Origin: the human T2T-CHM13v2.0 reference genome, Homo sapiens
NCBI RefSeq assembly: GCF_009914755.1
Contig: NC_060929.1
Reading direction: 5' to 3' (one strand)
DNA: 64,000 bases
A program made the translations under genes and the position numbers. Position 1 is the stretch's first letter, and each line of letters starts with the position of its first letter. A model generated the notes under the pieces. The model was not told the DNA's origin. It did not search any database and saw only the letters and a list, made by a program, of their open reading frames with translations. Shown piece after piece: positions 40,796-54,659 of the stretch.

Positions 40796-40810
40796 GAATA
40801 GTGGTCAATA

Positions 40811-41096
40811 TTTTTTTGAGAGACGGAGTTTTGCCCTTGTTGCCCCAGGCTGGAGTGCAATGGCGCCCGATCTCGGCTCACCACTGCAAACTCCGCCTCC
40901 CGCGTTCAAGCAATTCTCCTGCCTCAGCCTCCTGAGTAGCTGGGATTACAGATGTGTGCCACCATGCCCAGCTAATTTTGTATTTTTTTAGTAGAGACGG
41001 GGTTTCTCCATGTTGGTCAGGCTGGTCTCGAACTCCTGACTTCAGGTGATCTGCCCGCTCCAGCCTTCCAAAGTGCTGGGATTACAGGCGTGACCC
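40811..41096 (-). mobile_element. Alu (AluSp-like), short tail, 5' end clipped
   Basis: Antisense dimer GGGGTTTCTCCATGTTGGTCAGGCTGG. Confidence 0.93.
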
Positions 41097-41972
41097 AAAA
41101 TAAGAGATGAGACATGCAAAATATTATAAGATACAAGTTGAGAAAATTCCTCATGGATTGAAAAAATTTATATAGATTAAAAAAATACTAAAGATACAAA
41201 TATTAGCATTCTCCAACATCCTCAGAATGTGAATTGCAGAATACAATAAATAAGAAAATATGAGGATATAAAAATAAGTTAAATAAGAAAATATACTAAA
41301 TTAAAGATATAAATTATTATTTTGAAATGAAATGAATATTCCAAAAGAAAAAGACCAATAAAAGGAAAAAATAAATAAATTTATAACCCCATACCAAAAC
41401 CTATCATTGTAAAATTTGAGAGGAAGGGGAAATTGTTTACTCTAAAGTGTTTAGACATCTAAGTGGCTTTTACAACTGGAATATAGAATATCAAGAAAAA
41501 AAGTCTCCATATTTTGAGAGAACATCCTTTAAAATCCAGAATTATTTATGTGAAGCCACGACTTATGGGAAAGTATCAAAAAATATTTTATCAATCATGT
41601 TTCTCTAAACAGATACTTCACCAACTCCGTGAACTTCTCAAAAAGTTACTGAAGAATGTGTTCCATCCAATTGTGGGAGTAAACAAAGACAGAGGAATAT
41701 AAGAAATGCTGTAATTGCAAATAAGTGATCCTGTTTAACAATAAGGTAAACACATTTTCAGAATAATGGAGAATAAAAATACTCAGGAGAAAAATTTGCA
41801 AGAATAACAAAGAAGGACACTAGGAGAGCTATCTCCAAGGAGGGAATAAAAAGGGAATGAAGAAAGGAAAAGACAGAGGAAAGAAAAGGGAGGAAAAATG
41901 ATGAGAAACTTTAGAAATAAAAGCTAATGTCTTTGAACATAATAGCAGAAGATTTTTTTTTGTATTTGTTAG

Positions 41973-42416
41973 TGTGATGGTTAATACTAAATGTCAACTT
42001 GATTGGATTGAAGGATGCAAAGTATTGATCCTGGGTGTGTCTGTTAGGGTGTTGCCAAAGGAGATTAACCTTTGAATCAGTGGACTGGGAAAGGCAGACC
42101 CACACTTAATGTGAGTGGGCACAATCTAATCAGCTGCCAGCATGACCAGAATAAAAGCAGGCAGAAGACTGTAGAGAGATCAGCAAACTTAGCCTCTTGA
42201 CCTCCATCTTTCTCCCATGCTAGATGTTTCCTGCCCTCAAATCTTGGACTCCAAGTTCAGCTTTGGGACCAGGACTGGCTTCCTTGCTCCTCAGCTTGAA
42301 GATGGCCTATTGTGAGACCTTGTGATCGTGTGAGTTAATACTCCTTAATAAACTCCCCTTTTTATGTACATTTATCCTATTAGTTCTGTCCCTCTTAAAG
42401 AACCCTGACTAATACA
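41973..42416 (+). mobile_element. MLT2A (HERVL) solo LTR
   Basis: TGTGATGGTTAATACT..TGTCAACTTGATTGGATTGAAGGATGCAAAGTATTGATCCTGGGTGTGTC; AACCCTGACTAATACA; TSD GTTAG. Confidence 0.93.
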
Positions 42417-42447
42417 GTTAGTATTTGAAAATGAATTCGTAAGTACA

Positions 42448-43161
42448 TGATATGGTTTGACTCTGTGTCCCCACCCAAATCTCACCTTGAATTGTAATTC
42501 TCATAATCCTCAATGTTAAGGGTGGGACCAGGTGGAGGTAAATCGTGGGGGCGGTTCCCCCATGTTGTTCTCATGATAGTGAGTGAGCTCTCAGGAGATC
42601 TGATGTTTTGTTTTGTTTTAAATTTTTATTTTGAGACAGAGTTTCACTCTTGTTGCCCAGGCTGGAGTGCAGTGGTGCGATCTCAGCTCACTGCAACCTC
42701 TGCTCACCACAACCTCTGCCTCCCAGGTTCCAGCAATTCTCCTGCCTCAGCCTCCCGAGTATCTGTGATTACAGGCATGTGCCAATGTGCCACCTCGCCC
42801 AGTTAATTTTATATTTTTAGTAGAGACGTGGTTTCTCCATGTTGGTCAGGCTGGTCTCAAACTCCTGACCTCAGGTGATCTGCCCACCTCAGCCTCCCAA
42901 ACTGCTGGGATTACAGGCGTGAGCCACAGTGCCCAGTCGATCGTGTTATATGTTTTGTAAGTGTCTGACACTTCCCCTGTTTCCAGTTCTCCTTCCTGCC
43001 GCCCTGTGAAGAAGCTGCCTTGCTTCCTCTTCGCCTTCTGCCATGATTGTAAATTTCCTGAGGCTTCCCCAGCCATGCTGAACTGTTGAGTTTAACTTTC
43101 TTTTATAAATTACCCAGTCTCGGGTATGTCTTTATTAGCAATGTTAGAATGGACTAATACA
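42448..43161 (+). mobile_element. THE1 (C/D-like) solo LTR interrupted by Alu
   Basis: TGATATGGTTTG.CTCTGTGTCCCCACCCAAATCTC start, GGACTAATACA end, flanks GTACA/GTATA. Confidence 0.9.
42607..42938 (-). mobile_element. Alu (AluSp/Sq-like) with small internal duplication
   Basis: Antisense dimer; GCTCACTGCAACCTCT-GCTCACCACAACCTCT duplication. Confidence 0.93.
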
Positions 43162-44054
43162 GTATACAAAGTTAGAAAACAAAATAAATTAGAAAATTAC
43201 ATCTTTAATAAAGACACTCAAAATCAATAAAGGCAATGTAATCGTAACATATTCTGTCTTAGATCTGAATTTTTACTCAGTCACATAATGTAAAAATTGA
43301 ATACTAATAGCACCAAAAAGGTGGTTAAATTTTATTGAGCGTTTTAGGAAAATGAAAATAAAGTTATGTGTACAGGCAGTGGCAAATTTAAGATATCATA
43401 GACTTCATTCCACATTAACATCAATATATGAAGCATGTAAAAAAAAGCAAGAAATGGTAGTAAATTAGAAGTATGAAAGCAAATAGCAGATAACCTTAAT
43501 GACTTAAAAGTGATTGTAAGGAAAATAAATTTAGAATGAGGAGTGATAAAAGAGAATGATTGTAACTTGTAACTTCAGGGCAAATACTCCTTTTTAATTT
43601 TTATATTCTAAGTGTACATTTTGTAATGCTGCATATTAACTAAAATAATTAAATGTTAGCATTTAAGGTTGTATTTTGTTACTGTTTTTATTCACTTTTG
43701 AAAGGATTGCAGAAGAATTTGAATAAAATAAATATAGTGGTGCTATAACATCAATGAACATGATATTTTTCTGTTATTAATAATATGAGAATGCAGAGTT
43801 ATCCAATGAGTTATAAAAAAAATAAAGAGAAATAAAAACCCAACAAGGAAATGTATTTATTTCTAGACTAAGATTTTTTAAATGTTATAAAATTGTTCCA
43901 GCAATGGATTAGCATTGACAAAAAAAAAAAAAAAAACTAGATGAAGAAAAAAAGAATTATTGAACATAAGTGAGAAAAATGTTTATATGTATATACTAGC
44001 CATAATTTGATCTATTATTTCAAAGGCAAAAGACATGAAAATATAGCCACCAAT

Positions 44055-45560
44055 TTTTAAATTTTAATTGTAATTTGCAAGTAAAAATTATATGTATGCA
44101 AAAAATGATTTTTTAAAATCATGCAAAAAATGATTTTAAAAAATATGTATACTTTGTGTAAAGGCTGAATTAAGCTACTTAACATATGCATTACCTCACA
44201 TACCGTTTTGAGTGTGTGTGGTGAGAACACTTAAAATCTATTATTAGCAATTTTCACTTAAAATCTATTATTAGCTGTAGTCGCCATGACGTAAAGTTGA
44301 TATCTTGAACTTATTCCTCCTGCCTAACTGGAAGTGTGTATCCTTTGATGAACATGTCCCCAGTTCCCTCAATCGCAGCCTTTGGTAGACACCATTTTAC
44401 CCTCCATCTCTGTAAGTTTTACTTTTTTCCACTACATACATAAGTGAGATCATATGGTATTTATCTCTCTGTACCTGGCTTATTTCAACTTAACATAATA
44501 ACCTTCAGGTTTATACATGATGTTACAAATGACAGAAATTTGTCCTTTCTTAAGGCTGAATAGTATTCCATTGTGTATATGTATATATAACACTTTATCC
44601 ATTTATCCATTGATAGACACTTATTTGATTTCATATTATGGCTACTGGAGATAATGCTGAAATGAACATGGAAGTGCAGATATCTCTGCAACATACTGAT
44701 TTTAGATCCTTTAAATATATACCCAGCAGTGGGATTGCTGGATCATATGGTAGTTCCATTTTCAGTTTTTTGAGAAGCCTTTATACTGTATTTCATAATG
44801 GCTTTATTAATTTACATTCATACCAACAATGTGTGAGGGTTCCCTTTTCTCCACACATCACCAACACTTGTTATCTTTTGTCTTTTTGATACCAGCTATT
44901 CTAACAGGTGTGAGGTAGAATCTCATTTTGGTTTTAATTTGCATTTTCCTGATGATTAGTAATGTTGAGCATTTTTTTCATATACCCGTTAGCCATTCGT
45001 TTGTCTTCTTTTGAGAAATGTCTATTTAGGTCTTTTCCCAATTTTTAAAGTTTTCTTACAAAATTGAGTTATCTGAATTTCTTGTTTATTTTGGATATTA
45101 GCCCCTTATCAGATATATATATTGAAAATATATTCTCTCATTCTGTAGGTTGTCTCTTCACTTTTTCTTTTTTTTTTTTTTTTTTTGCTCTACAGAGCTC
45201 TTTTGTTTGATGTAATCGATTTGTCTACTTTGGCTTTTGTTTCCTGTGCTTTGATATCATATCAAAAATAAATTGCCCAGATCAATATCCTGGAGCTTTT
45301 TCTCTAAGTTTTCTTCTAGTAGTTTTATAGTTTCAGGCGTTACATTTAAGTCTTTAATTCATTTTTAGTTGATTATTGTATATGCAGTGATACGATGGTC
45401 CAATTTAATTCTTTTGCATGTAGATATTCACTTTTCCCAGCACCATTAATTGACAAGTTTGTCCTTTCTGCATGGTGCAGTCTTGGTATCTCTGTTGAAA
45501 ATGAATTTACTGTAATTGTAGGGATTGATTTCTGGGTTCTCTTTTCTGTTCTACTGGCCT
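44055..45560 (-). mobile_element. L1MA-type element, 3' ~1.5 kb
   Basis: GGTGAGAACACTTAAAATCTA, AAGGCTGAATAGTATTCCATTGTGTAT, CCCAGCAGTGGGATTGCTGGATCATATGGTAG, TTTTGAGAAATGTCTATT; ORF 44485-44694 is L1 ORF2 C-terminus-like. Confidence 0.92.
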
Positions 45561-47650
45561 ATTTTTTTTTTTTCAAGTGCCAACTATTAGTGGTATTTAC
45601 CAGGGTTTGGGGTTGAAGCTAACATCTTTTATTGTATGTAATACCTAATGTCATTTTTTTTACAAGGGTGATTTACATCTCAAAAATAATTAAAAAATGT
45701 TCTAAGAACCAAAAAGGAAACCACAAGCAAATAAAAAATAAAATGTCAAGTCACAGAGATTCTTATAACTGTAAAAAAAACCCTCAAAATTCAGACAGAA
45801 AGAATAGACTTAAAAGGAGCAATAAACAATCCAATAATGATAGATGATCTCCAACTAAAGACCCAGATGTAGCCTTAGACCCTTTCCTTGAATTTTCTGA
45901 AGCTCAGTAATAATTCTAGAAGTTGGATACAACAGTGAGGAAAATATATTTAACTAAGAATAGATAGAATTATGTTTCTGTTCTGTCCAAAAGAAATTAA
46001 ATTGTCATTTAAAAAGTAAAGCAAAACAAATTATTTTCTTACCCACCTGTTTTCCTAACTTAGGGTCATTCTGAATAAATATTATTCAATTTGATCTGTT
46101 GTTATTAATTCAAGTGTATCAATAATTAATACATTCAGATTTTACATAAATAAAGCTATAAATGGTTACAATAAAATATTCTGGATATAAACTCAGGCAG
46201 GGTCTGTGTCATGTTAAAATTTTCCTGAATTTATATACTTATAAAAACAAATATAATTTATCATTTATGTGCTAGCAATTAAATTATAAAATGTATGTCA
46301 GTATTGTATATGGAAGACTGTTCTATGAACTACCCCAGAATAATCTAGTTTCATCATTACATATGCTAAATGTGATGCTACAATTAGCACACTTGGTAAT
46401 TCAGGTAATATTTTAATTAGTCAGGCTGAATATCTACATATAGGGTAAATACTGTTGTAATAGTTGTACTACGCCCAGTAATTATAATTTATGAAACAAG
46501 TAAATAGAAATATTTTAATAAAAAGAATGCAGAGTTACTCAATAAGTAACAGAAAAATAAAGTGAGAGAAGTCAGAACCCAACAAGGAAATTTATTTATT
46601 TCCAGCTCAATAATATTTTTTGCTCAAGGAGTCTAAGTTCTAGTAGATTTTTTGAATGTTACCGTGCTATTGTAAAAACAAGAGAATGTGTCTTACATTT
46701 GAATGTGTCTCACAAAACATTTATTCATTGTAACAATAATCATAAATATATAAGCATTTTATATGTGTTTCTGATATGCATTAATAAATGTTTTATACAG
46801 AAATACATTGTAATTGTGTTCACTTGCTCCACAAGCAAATTTTTAAAAGTTATGGATATGGCCAGCACTGGCAATGTAAATATTTTATATACAAAATATG
46901 CAGATTTTTATGGCTACTTTTTTATTTAGTTAATCTCCAAAACTATATTTCTTCATCTTCAGACTCTACATTTCTGAAAGATCCTAGAGGCATCAAGTTT
47001 AGGAATCTATATATACTACAAAACAGTTGCCAATGCTACAGATTTGGCATAATTATAATATGTGTAGAAGAGAAATCAGTTTCATAAAATTCCTAAATGG
47101 TAGTTGGAAAATATAAGTATTTAGACAAATATTTATTTGCTTATTACTGAGGACTACTCATAATTTGTTTTTTGGGATGGCCAGTGAATAATCATGTATT
47201 GTTATACCATTGACACCTCTTAGCCTTAGAATGTATAATGACACATGTAATTTTAATGAATTAGGGAAGTCCAGTATTGTGTTTCAGAAATGGTCAAGAA
47301 ATTGCATTCTTCTAAGAGGTCAAGGAAGATGATGGTTTACAATTATTTGTTGGATTTAGCAATATGGAAATGATTGGTAGCCTTAGCAACATCTATTAAA
47401 TCAAAAGATTGATACAGAAAAACATCACAGAAATGATAAGCAAAATAATGACGAAACTAATATAATGTTTTAGGTAGAATTCTGTGCCATAGTGCACAAA
47501 CCCTGCCCTTTCAGTGTAAACGAGGCATGTAAATATGATGGGAGAGTCATTTCCATATTATTAGGTTATATTATATGACAAAGGTAATGAAGTAATCACA
47601 CCAGTGATGACATTATACAATATGTCATTACATTATGTCAAATAAGACTA

Positions 47651-48189
47651 TGGTTTACCCTTGAACAACACATGTTTAAATTGTAAGTGTCCACTTACAC
47701 ATATATTTTATTCTGCTTCTGCCACCCCTCAGTCAGCAAGACTGCTTCCTCATTTTTCTCCTTCTTCTCAGTCTACTCAACTTGAGGACAACCAGGATGA
47801 AAACCTTTACAAAGATCCATTTCCACTTAATGAATAGTAAATATATTTTCTATTCCTTATGATCTTTGCAAGAGCATTTATTTTCTCTAGCTTACTTTGT
47901 TATAAGAGCACGGTAATGGCTGCACGTGGTGGCTCACACCTGTAATCCCAGCACTTTGGGAGGCCAAGGCAGGTGGATCACAAGGTCAGGAGGTAGAACA
48001 ATCCTAGCCAACATGGTGAAGCCCCATCTCTACTAAAAATACAAAATTAGCCGGGCTTGGTGGCGGGTAGCCTCAGCTACTCAGGAGGCCGAGGCAGGAG
48101 AATGGTGTGAACCCTGGAGGCGGAGGTTGCAGTGAGCCAAGATCACACCACTGCACTCCAGCCTGGACAACAGAGCAAGACTCGGTCTC

Positions 48190-48220
<31 letters not shown>

Positions 48221-48318
48221 ACAGTAAATTAAGTGGAATTATATATAACATACAAAACATGTGTTAACTGTTTATATTAGTGATAAGGCTCCTGGTCAAC
48301 AATAGGCTATTAGTAATA
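47651..48318 (+). mobile_element. Tigger2a-like DNA transposon interrupted by Alu
   Basis: TA+..GTTTACCCTTGAACAACA TIR, CCACTTAATGAATAGTAAATAT, GTCAACA.TAGGCTATTAGTA; homologous to 1-406. Confidence 0.8.
47918..48214 (+). mobile_element. Alu (AluSc-like)
   Basis: Sense dimer, poly-A; TSD AAGAGCAC(G/A)GTAA at 47904 and 48215. Confidence 0.95.
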
Positions 48319-48975
48319 GCCTATGATGTAATGCAGAAATAGTAAACTATGAAGTATACAATACAAACAATAAATAACTCATAAGTTTCCAGAGAAGGGA
48401 GAATCAATTGCTCAGGTGGAAAATAGAAAAATAAATGAGCCCACAATTAATTATTAAATGAGTAAAGAAAGACAAAGTGGGCGCCTTGTCTTTGTCTGCT
48501 TGAGATTTAATGTGGAGATAGGCAATATAAAATTAGGCAAAGCTTCTTTGGATAGTTTTGAAGAGATATTTGCAGTGACCTAGAGGGACTAAATCAACTA
48601 CCTAATAGGAACAGAGTAGAAATAGCAAGAATCAGAGAAAATATCTCAGACATTTTAAGCTGAAATTCTGAAGCCCTAATGATTTTTGTTTAGCATGAGA
48701 AGACAAATATGCAATATGCCTGTGTGCTAATGTAATGGGCACTATAATACACCATTAGAAATTTCTTTCAGCATGGAAGGACTTTTCTCCCAGCTACTAG
48801 GAGTGAAATTGGATGTCATGCCTAAAATTTCATCTCACTATTGCCCTTTGCTTTAAAAAAGTAATTTTGCCCAATTTCTCATCCATTTCTGCATCCAGTG
48901 ATTGGTCACTGTGGATATATAAAAATCTGATCTCTTCTCTCAGTATGACATATCCTTAAAGTGCCTTTCAGTTTT

Positions 48976-49155
48976 TAAAATTTATTTTATTTATTTATTT
49001 TATTATTATTATTATTATTATACTTTAAGTTTTAGGGTACATGTGCACAATGTGCAGGTTAGTTACATATGTATACATGTGCCATGCTGGTGTGCTGCAC
49101 CCATTAACTCGTCATTTAGCATTAGGGATAGCAATGCTATCCCTCCGCCCTCCCC
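48976..49155 (-). mobile_element. Severely 5'-truncated primate L1PA
   Basis: TTATACTTTAAGTTTTAGGGTACATGTGCACAATGTGCAGGTTAGTTACATATGTATACATGTGCCATG; TSD CCTTTCAGTTTT at 48964 and 49156. Confidence 0.95.
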
Positions 49156-50150
49156 CCTTTCAGTTTTGAATATCCCTGCAAGGTCAGCTGAAACTTTTAT
49201 TTGTACTACATTGCTGTCCAGCTTCTTTCTCTGCCCAATCATGCTTTCATTCCCTCCCCTCAGATGTTGATCACTAGAGCACTCCCCGATAAATACATGG
49301 CCTGCTGATTCTTCTGTCAAAGCATATGCTTCCTTGGGAAACATATTCATCAATTTTTCTAGAATTGGTCTGAGAAAGCAGACACCAATATGAAATATTG
49401 GTGATGGATTACTAACTGAAAGGTGGTAATGAGGCCTTCATTGCTTGAGGGTCAAGCATAAATAGTGCTTATTTTGGCTAAGAGCTAGCAACATATTTGT
49501 TAAAATTCTCACTAGTGGTGAAATGTGATGGTATACCACTGGGAGAAAATGCACTAGCAATTGTTCCATGTTTATCATTTGAAAAATATGGGGGGGATAG
49601 CAATTATAAGGAAAATGGAAATAGATGGATGTTGGTGAAGAGAAAGACACTACAAGGCCAAGGATGATTAATCATTAATTAAAGGCTTTATGTAATAGTC
49701 CATAGACAAAGCTGGCAGCTTATTAAGAGCATCCATCAGCAAAATAGCAAAGTTCAAGACAAGGCCACTGAGTTCCAAAGAAATGTAAGCATTTATGTTA
49801 TGCTTATGTCCAGACTTTAAGTAGGAAAGAATGGAATGCTCTGATAGGAGACAGAGGCATCTGGGCACTGAACATTCTACATTCTCGAAAACTCAGATTA
49901 TCTTGAATCCTCTGAATCTGAATAAATGGCTCATTCCTTCTTCGTTGTGTATAGCAGATCTTCCTTACATGAATAAAACACAGAGGCCTCTTCCCTGAAA
50001 ATCAAAACAGAGTTTCCTCAAAATCTGCCTCCATTAGCCTTCTGACTGTAAGAACCATAATTAGCATTAAGCCAAAATGTGATCTGTCTTGTGAAATGCT
50101 GGGTCTATTAATGGTGCAAGAGACCCTTAAAGAAATATAGAAATATAGAT

Positions 50151-50437
<287 letters not shown>

Positions 50438-51394
50438 ATGTATACAGATATAGATATATGCTTCACAGAGTGTATCACCCACCCAAGGACCCTAGAATAC
50501 AGTGCAAACATGATGATGATAAGTCTTTAAAAACTTAGGGAAATAAATGGCCAATGTTAAGTTGAGTAGAAGTAAAAGATATTTACACGAAGACTGGAAG
50601 GATGGATCAAAGTGTTCAAAAAATAAGACTTATCAGATTGATTATACTATGGAAGTTTGCACCACTCACCAGTTGACTGTGTTGTCAGGAAGGGTACAGG
50701 AGATATTCTAGTGACCAAGGTAATAAAGAATGGTAAGAGGGATCGTAGCATCCTTTAGAAGTCTGGTGATCAGCCTGCAGCTGGAGTCCATGCCTGGATG
50801 GTATATTCTGTAAGTTTTATATTTACATATACTTATACCTATATTTATATATCCTTTAATTAAATTTATGTTCCATTTGTTCTTGATTAGAATTCAGACC
50901 TACATTTTTTCTCCTGGATCCCACCAGCACTTGTTGGCTAGGTTCTACAACTCTTTAAGGGATAGAAGTAGGAGATGCCATTTTAGAACTTGGTTTATTG
51001 AGTAATAAGGATGATACAAAACTGAAATTACAGAAGCCAGGTGGTAGCACTTAACTGACAGATTCAAGTAAAACACAATCATCATGAGTGGCAAGGCTGG
51101 AGTCTCATTCATGGGTACATGATCCTCAGAGAGCCAATGCAGGTGCTTAATTAAGAAACAGCATCCCTAGGGAAAACATAAGTGGTCCTCCAAGAAGAAA
51201 ATTGATCTATCTATACAACCCAAACTGTTGATGATCAAGAAGTTGCATAGATCCATATCAATAAAAGGCATATTTCTTGCCCAGTTTCCATATCTGAGCC
51301 AGTTTATAGGCCCATAGTTCTTTGTTCCCTGAAAGGATAGCCCTGCAACTTTATGGTGAATATAATGATTTCCTCAGTTTTTCCTCAATGAAAC

Positions 51395-52740
51395 CAGTGG
51401 CCGTTTGCTTGGGCAAGAATACATTGGGAATGAGAAATACCTCAAACATTGGGAGAATATTACACAGTCAGAATCAATACTAATAGTAGGGAAAAAAGAC
51501 ATTCTCAAGGTTCTCTGTTAGAAAGGGAGACATGTGGTGACTGGTGACTAGTCCTAGCCTAGTTCCACCTCACCTTTGGTTCGCTGGATCCATAGAACTA
51601 ACTATTGATTTGTTTCTTAGTGTCTGAAGAACATACTTGGTAGATATCCCAATCTGCATATTGATTTCTTGGACTATGGGGTAAGACTTATTATCTACAG
51701 TAGAAATGAAAAAGTGGAAGCCTCTAAAATGTCCCGCCTTACCTTCTTCCATGGTTGTACATCAAAAACAATGTTTTTCCTCATGAGAGTAAATTATAAT
51801 AGTGCCACCCTAAAATATATAAAAAGGACACAAAGATGATGGCCCTTGATATAGCTTGATTTAATTCATCAGACATGCCTCTCTAGAAGCCAGATAGACC
51901 CAAGATAATTGCAGTAGACCTTCACAGATTTAAATAAGTAGTACTCTTCATCGCAATTGCTATGCTACATATGTGGCATCTTTGCTGTAAGATAAAATGC
52001 CAACTTGATATACGTACATGATGTGCATTTACCTACTGCATGCAGTCTTCTACATCCCTATAAGAAAAGATTGCTACTGTTTGGATGTGTCCCCCAAAGT
52101 TAATGTGTTAGAAAGTTAATCCTCAATGCAACAGTGCTGGGAGGTTGAACTTTTAAGAACTGATTAGATTATGATGACGTGGCCATAATTAGTGGATTAA
52201 TGCCATTGTCAATGGAGGGGATTAGTTATCATAGTGGATTTCTTACAAAAAGATGAGATTGCCCGTCTTCCAGCTGTCAAGTACTATCTTGTCCTTCTGC
52301 CTTCTGCCAAAAATGATTCAGAAAAAAGGCCCTCATCAGATGTCAGCATTTTGAAATGGACTCCCCAGGCCCCAGAACTGTGATAAATAAATTGACATTG
52401 TTTATGAATGACCCAATCTGTGGTAATCTCTTATAGTAGCAAAAAATGAACTAATACAAGGATCATAAACAGTTCATTTATGTAGGGTGAAAAACAATGT
52501 ATACATACAATCTTGCACTAGGCCATGGTAAAAGTCCTACTTTGTCTAAAGATAATTGTTCTTTCTAGCTTCCTACAGCATAGAAAATGATCAACTATAT
52601 TGACAACATTATGCAAATAAGATGGGATAAGAAAGAAATGGTAAGTTCATAGGAGGCCTTTTAAGAACAAATGTGCTACAAAACTCTATGAAGTTTCAGG
52701 GCTGTCACATTTATAAAATGTATAGAAATCCAATAGTCTG
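51395..52740 (+). pseudogene. ERVL protease/reverse transcriptase remnant
   Basis: WPFAWARIHW (~51398), KKWKPLK (~51710), FNS..KPD..IAVDLHRFK*VV..IAIAML (~51860-51965), FYIPI|DHKQF, and INYIDNIM (~52590; YIDD motif). Confidence 0.75.
52072..52458 (+). mobile_element. MSTD-like LTR inserted in RT remnant
   Basis: TGCTA..GTTTGGATGTGTCCCCCAAAGTT.ATGTGTT; ends AAATGAACTAATACA; flanks AAGAT/AGGAT. Confidence 0.85.
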
Positions 52741-53028
52741 GAGCATGAAGTTCAATGTAAAAAAATGAATCAATCATTGTATCTCAACTTCCACCGTTTA
52801 AAAGAATCACAATGTCCTGTGAGACACATTGAGTTGTTAAGACAGTATATTCTACATGGGAATATTGTTTCAACCCATATAAAAATGTAATAAAAGTTGC
52901 TAGAGTTGAGTAAGGCTCAGAGTAGGAAAGGGCTGAGACAAGTGTGGGCTGTAGTATAAATGATATTGGAGATACTAGTAATGGTAAAATATGCTCAATG
53001 TGACTTATGCAAAAGGTAGACACCCCAG

Positions 53029-53371
53029 AGTGCTGAACAAGGCTATGTTAAGTGGCAGAGTATTTATTATATATGTCAAGTGGCATAGTATATGTTATAT
53101 CTGTTAAGTGGCATATGTTAAGTGGCATATATGTTATACATATGTTATTTATCAGTTATATATAACACAAGCATATATGTTATATATAAGTGGCATATGT
53201 TAATTGGCATATTATGTCAAATATGTTAAGTGGCATATTATATGTTGTATATGTTAAGCGGCATATTATATGTTATATTATACATGTTAAGTGGCATATT
53301 ACATATCTTAAGTGGCAGAGCCTTTATTCAAAGTGCTGAACGTGGCTATGTTAAGTGGCAGAGTATTTATT
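53029..53371. repeat. Degenerate minisatellite of ATGTTAAGTGGCA units bracketed by 40-bp direct repeat
   Basis: About 11 motif copies; AGTGCTGAAC..GGCTATGTTAAGTGGCAGAGTATTTATT at both ends. Confidence 0.92.
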
Positions 53372-53714
53372 GTTTTTAAAGTTCATTTCTCACTTGGTCC
53401 CAGTACACCATACTACTGGGCTTGTCAAAAATGGAACACAAGGCTATGGTTCATCAAGTGACAACATATGGCAAACTGCCCATTCTGAGCTGGGTTGAGT
53501 CACCCTGAATAAGTCACAAGGTTGGTGTGCCCAGCAGCAGTCTACCATAACATCAGAAGGGATATATACAGGATTGGGCATGAATAGGGCCTGATGGCAC
53601 AGCAAGTGGTTTAGTTCCCCATACCATCCTCCATTGATTCACCTGTGGCTCTCCATTAGCTCACACATGTGTTCAGGTCACATGTGTTCACTGAGAGAAG
53701 AAAAATAGCAGTTT

Positions 53715-54100
53715 AAGCTATGTGAACTATGCTTAATTTATCAGGCCTAGAGACATTTGAGTAGGGGCCTTTAGTCACACCCACACCCCCCATGCCCAGG
53801 GGCCACTGTTTAAAGGTACTTTGTTCCTGACTAGCAGTCTCACCCATTATCTTCATGTTCCTGAAATTCGTGATACAAATAGCAATGTGTAGCCCACTAA
53901 TAACTTCTGCTGTTTTAAGGTAAATTATTGGTAAACAACTTAGAATTTGCCTCTTCTTTTTTCTTAAAAACCCAGTTACAACTGTTGCCAATTGGATTGT
54001 ATATTAAGGGCAACTTGAATCTATGTTCCCAAGTAGCCTTCAAATAAACTCTTTACTTAATCATATTTTCTAATCATTGTTATTTTAGGCTGAGTTTGAC
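53715..54100 (+). mobile_element. ERV1 solo LTR (MER93/MER57-like, tentative)
   Basis: CCCATTATCTTCATGTTCCTG.AATT.GTGATACAAA, GGTAAACAACTTAG, GGGCAACTTGAATCTATG, CAAATAAACTCT. Confidence 0.6.
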
Positions 54101-54659
54101 AAAGGGAATTACTCCTGATCAGTTGATAGAGGAAAAGTGGCTGAGCTTGGTTGACAATAAATTGGCCTAGCACGTGGATAGTAGCCAAAAATGAACTATT
54201 GCTGCATAACAGCCCCAGTCGAGTGTCCCTGAAGACCGTGAACTCATAGGCTATAACAAATGGTTTGGAAAGTAGGTCAAAGCAAAAGACTGGATAACTG
54301 CGTCAAGGAGGTATCGAGAAGAGGCACGCCAATGGTCCAATGAAAGCAGGCACGAAGTGGAAGGAAGTTTTGTAAGGCAGCCTTGTAAATCACGCTGAAT
54401 GTAGTAGTGGATGTTGTCATGTGATTTTTGGAAACCTACTCTGCACTGCAGCTCCTGAGAGTGCTGCAAGTGACAGCCTTTACTTTTCAGCCCTTTCCTT
54501 GGATCACCCATGACCAAAGAACGCCAACTTTTATCTAATAACTGATCAATGGAAAGTGATATAAAGGTAGATCTCAATGCCCATCTTAATCAATTCGGAA
54601 GGACCACCTCAGGTCCAGAGTTTACTGAGGACTTTCATAAAGCTTTTTTTGAGAATATA

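Noticed and set aside
53029-53371. CRISPR-like repeat-spacer appearance
   Set aside because: Repeats are only ~13 nt and degenerate, spacers are low-complexity derivatives of the repeat with irregular length, no cas genes, and the context is primate DNA.
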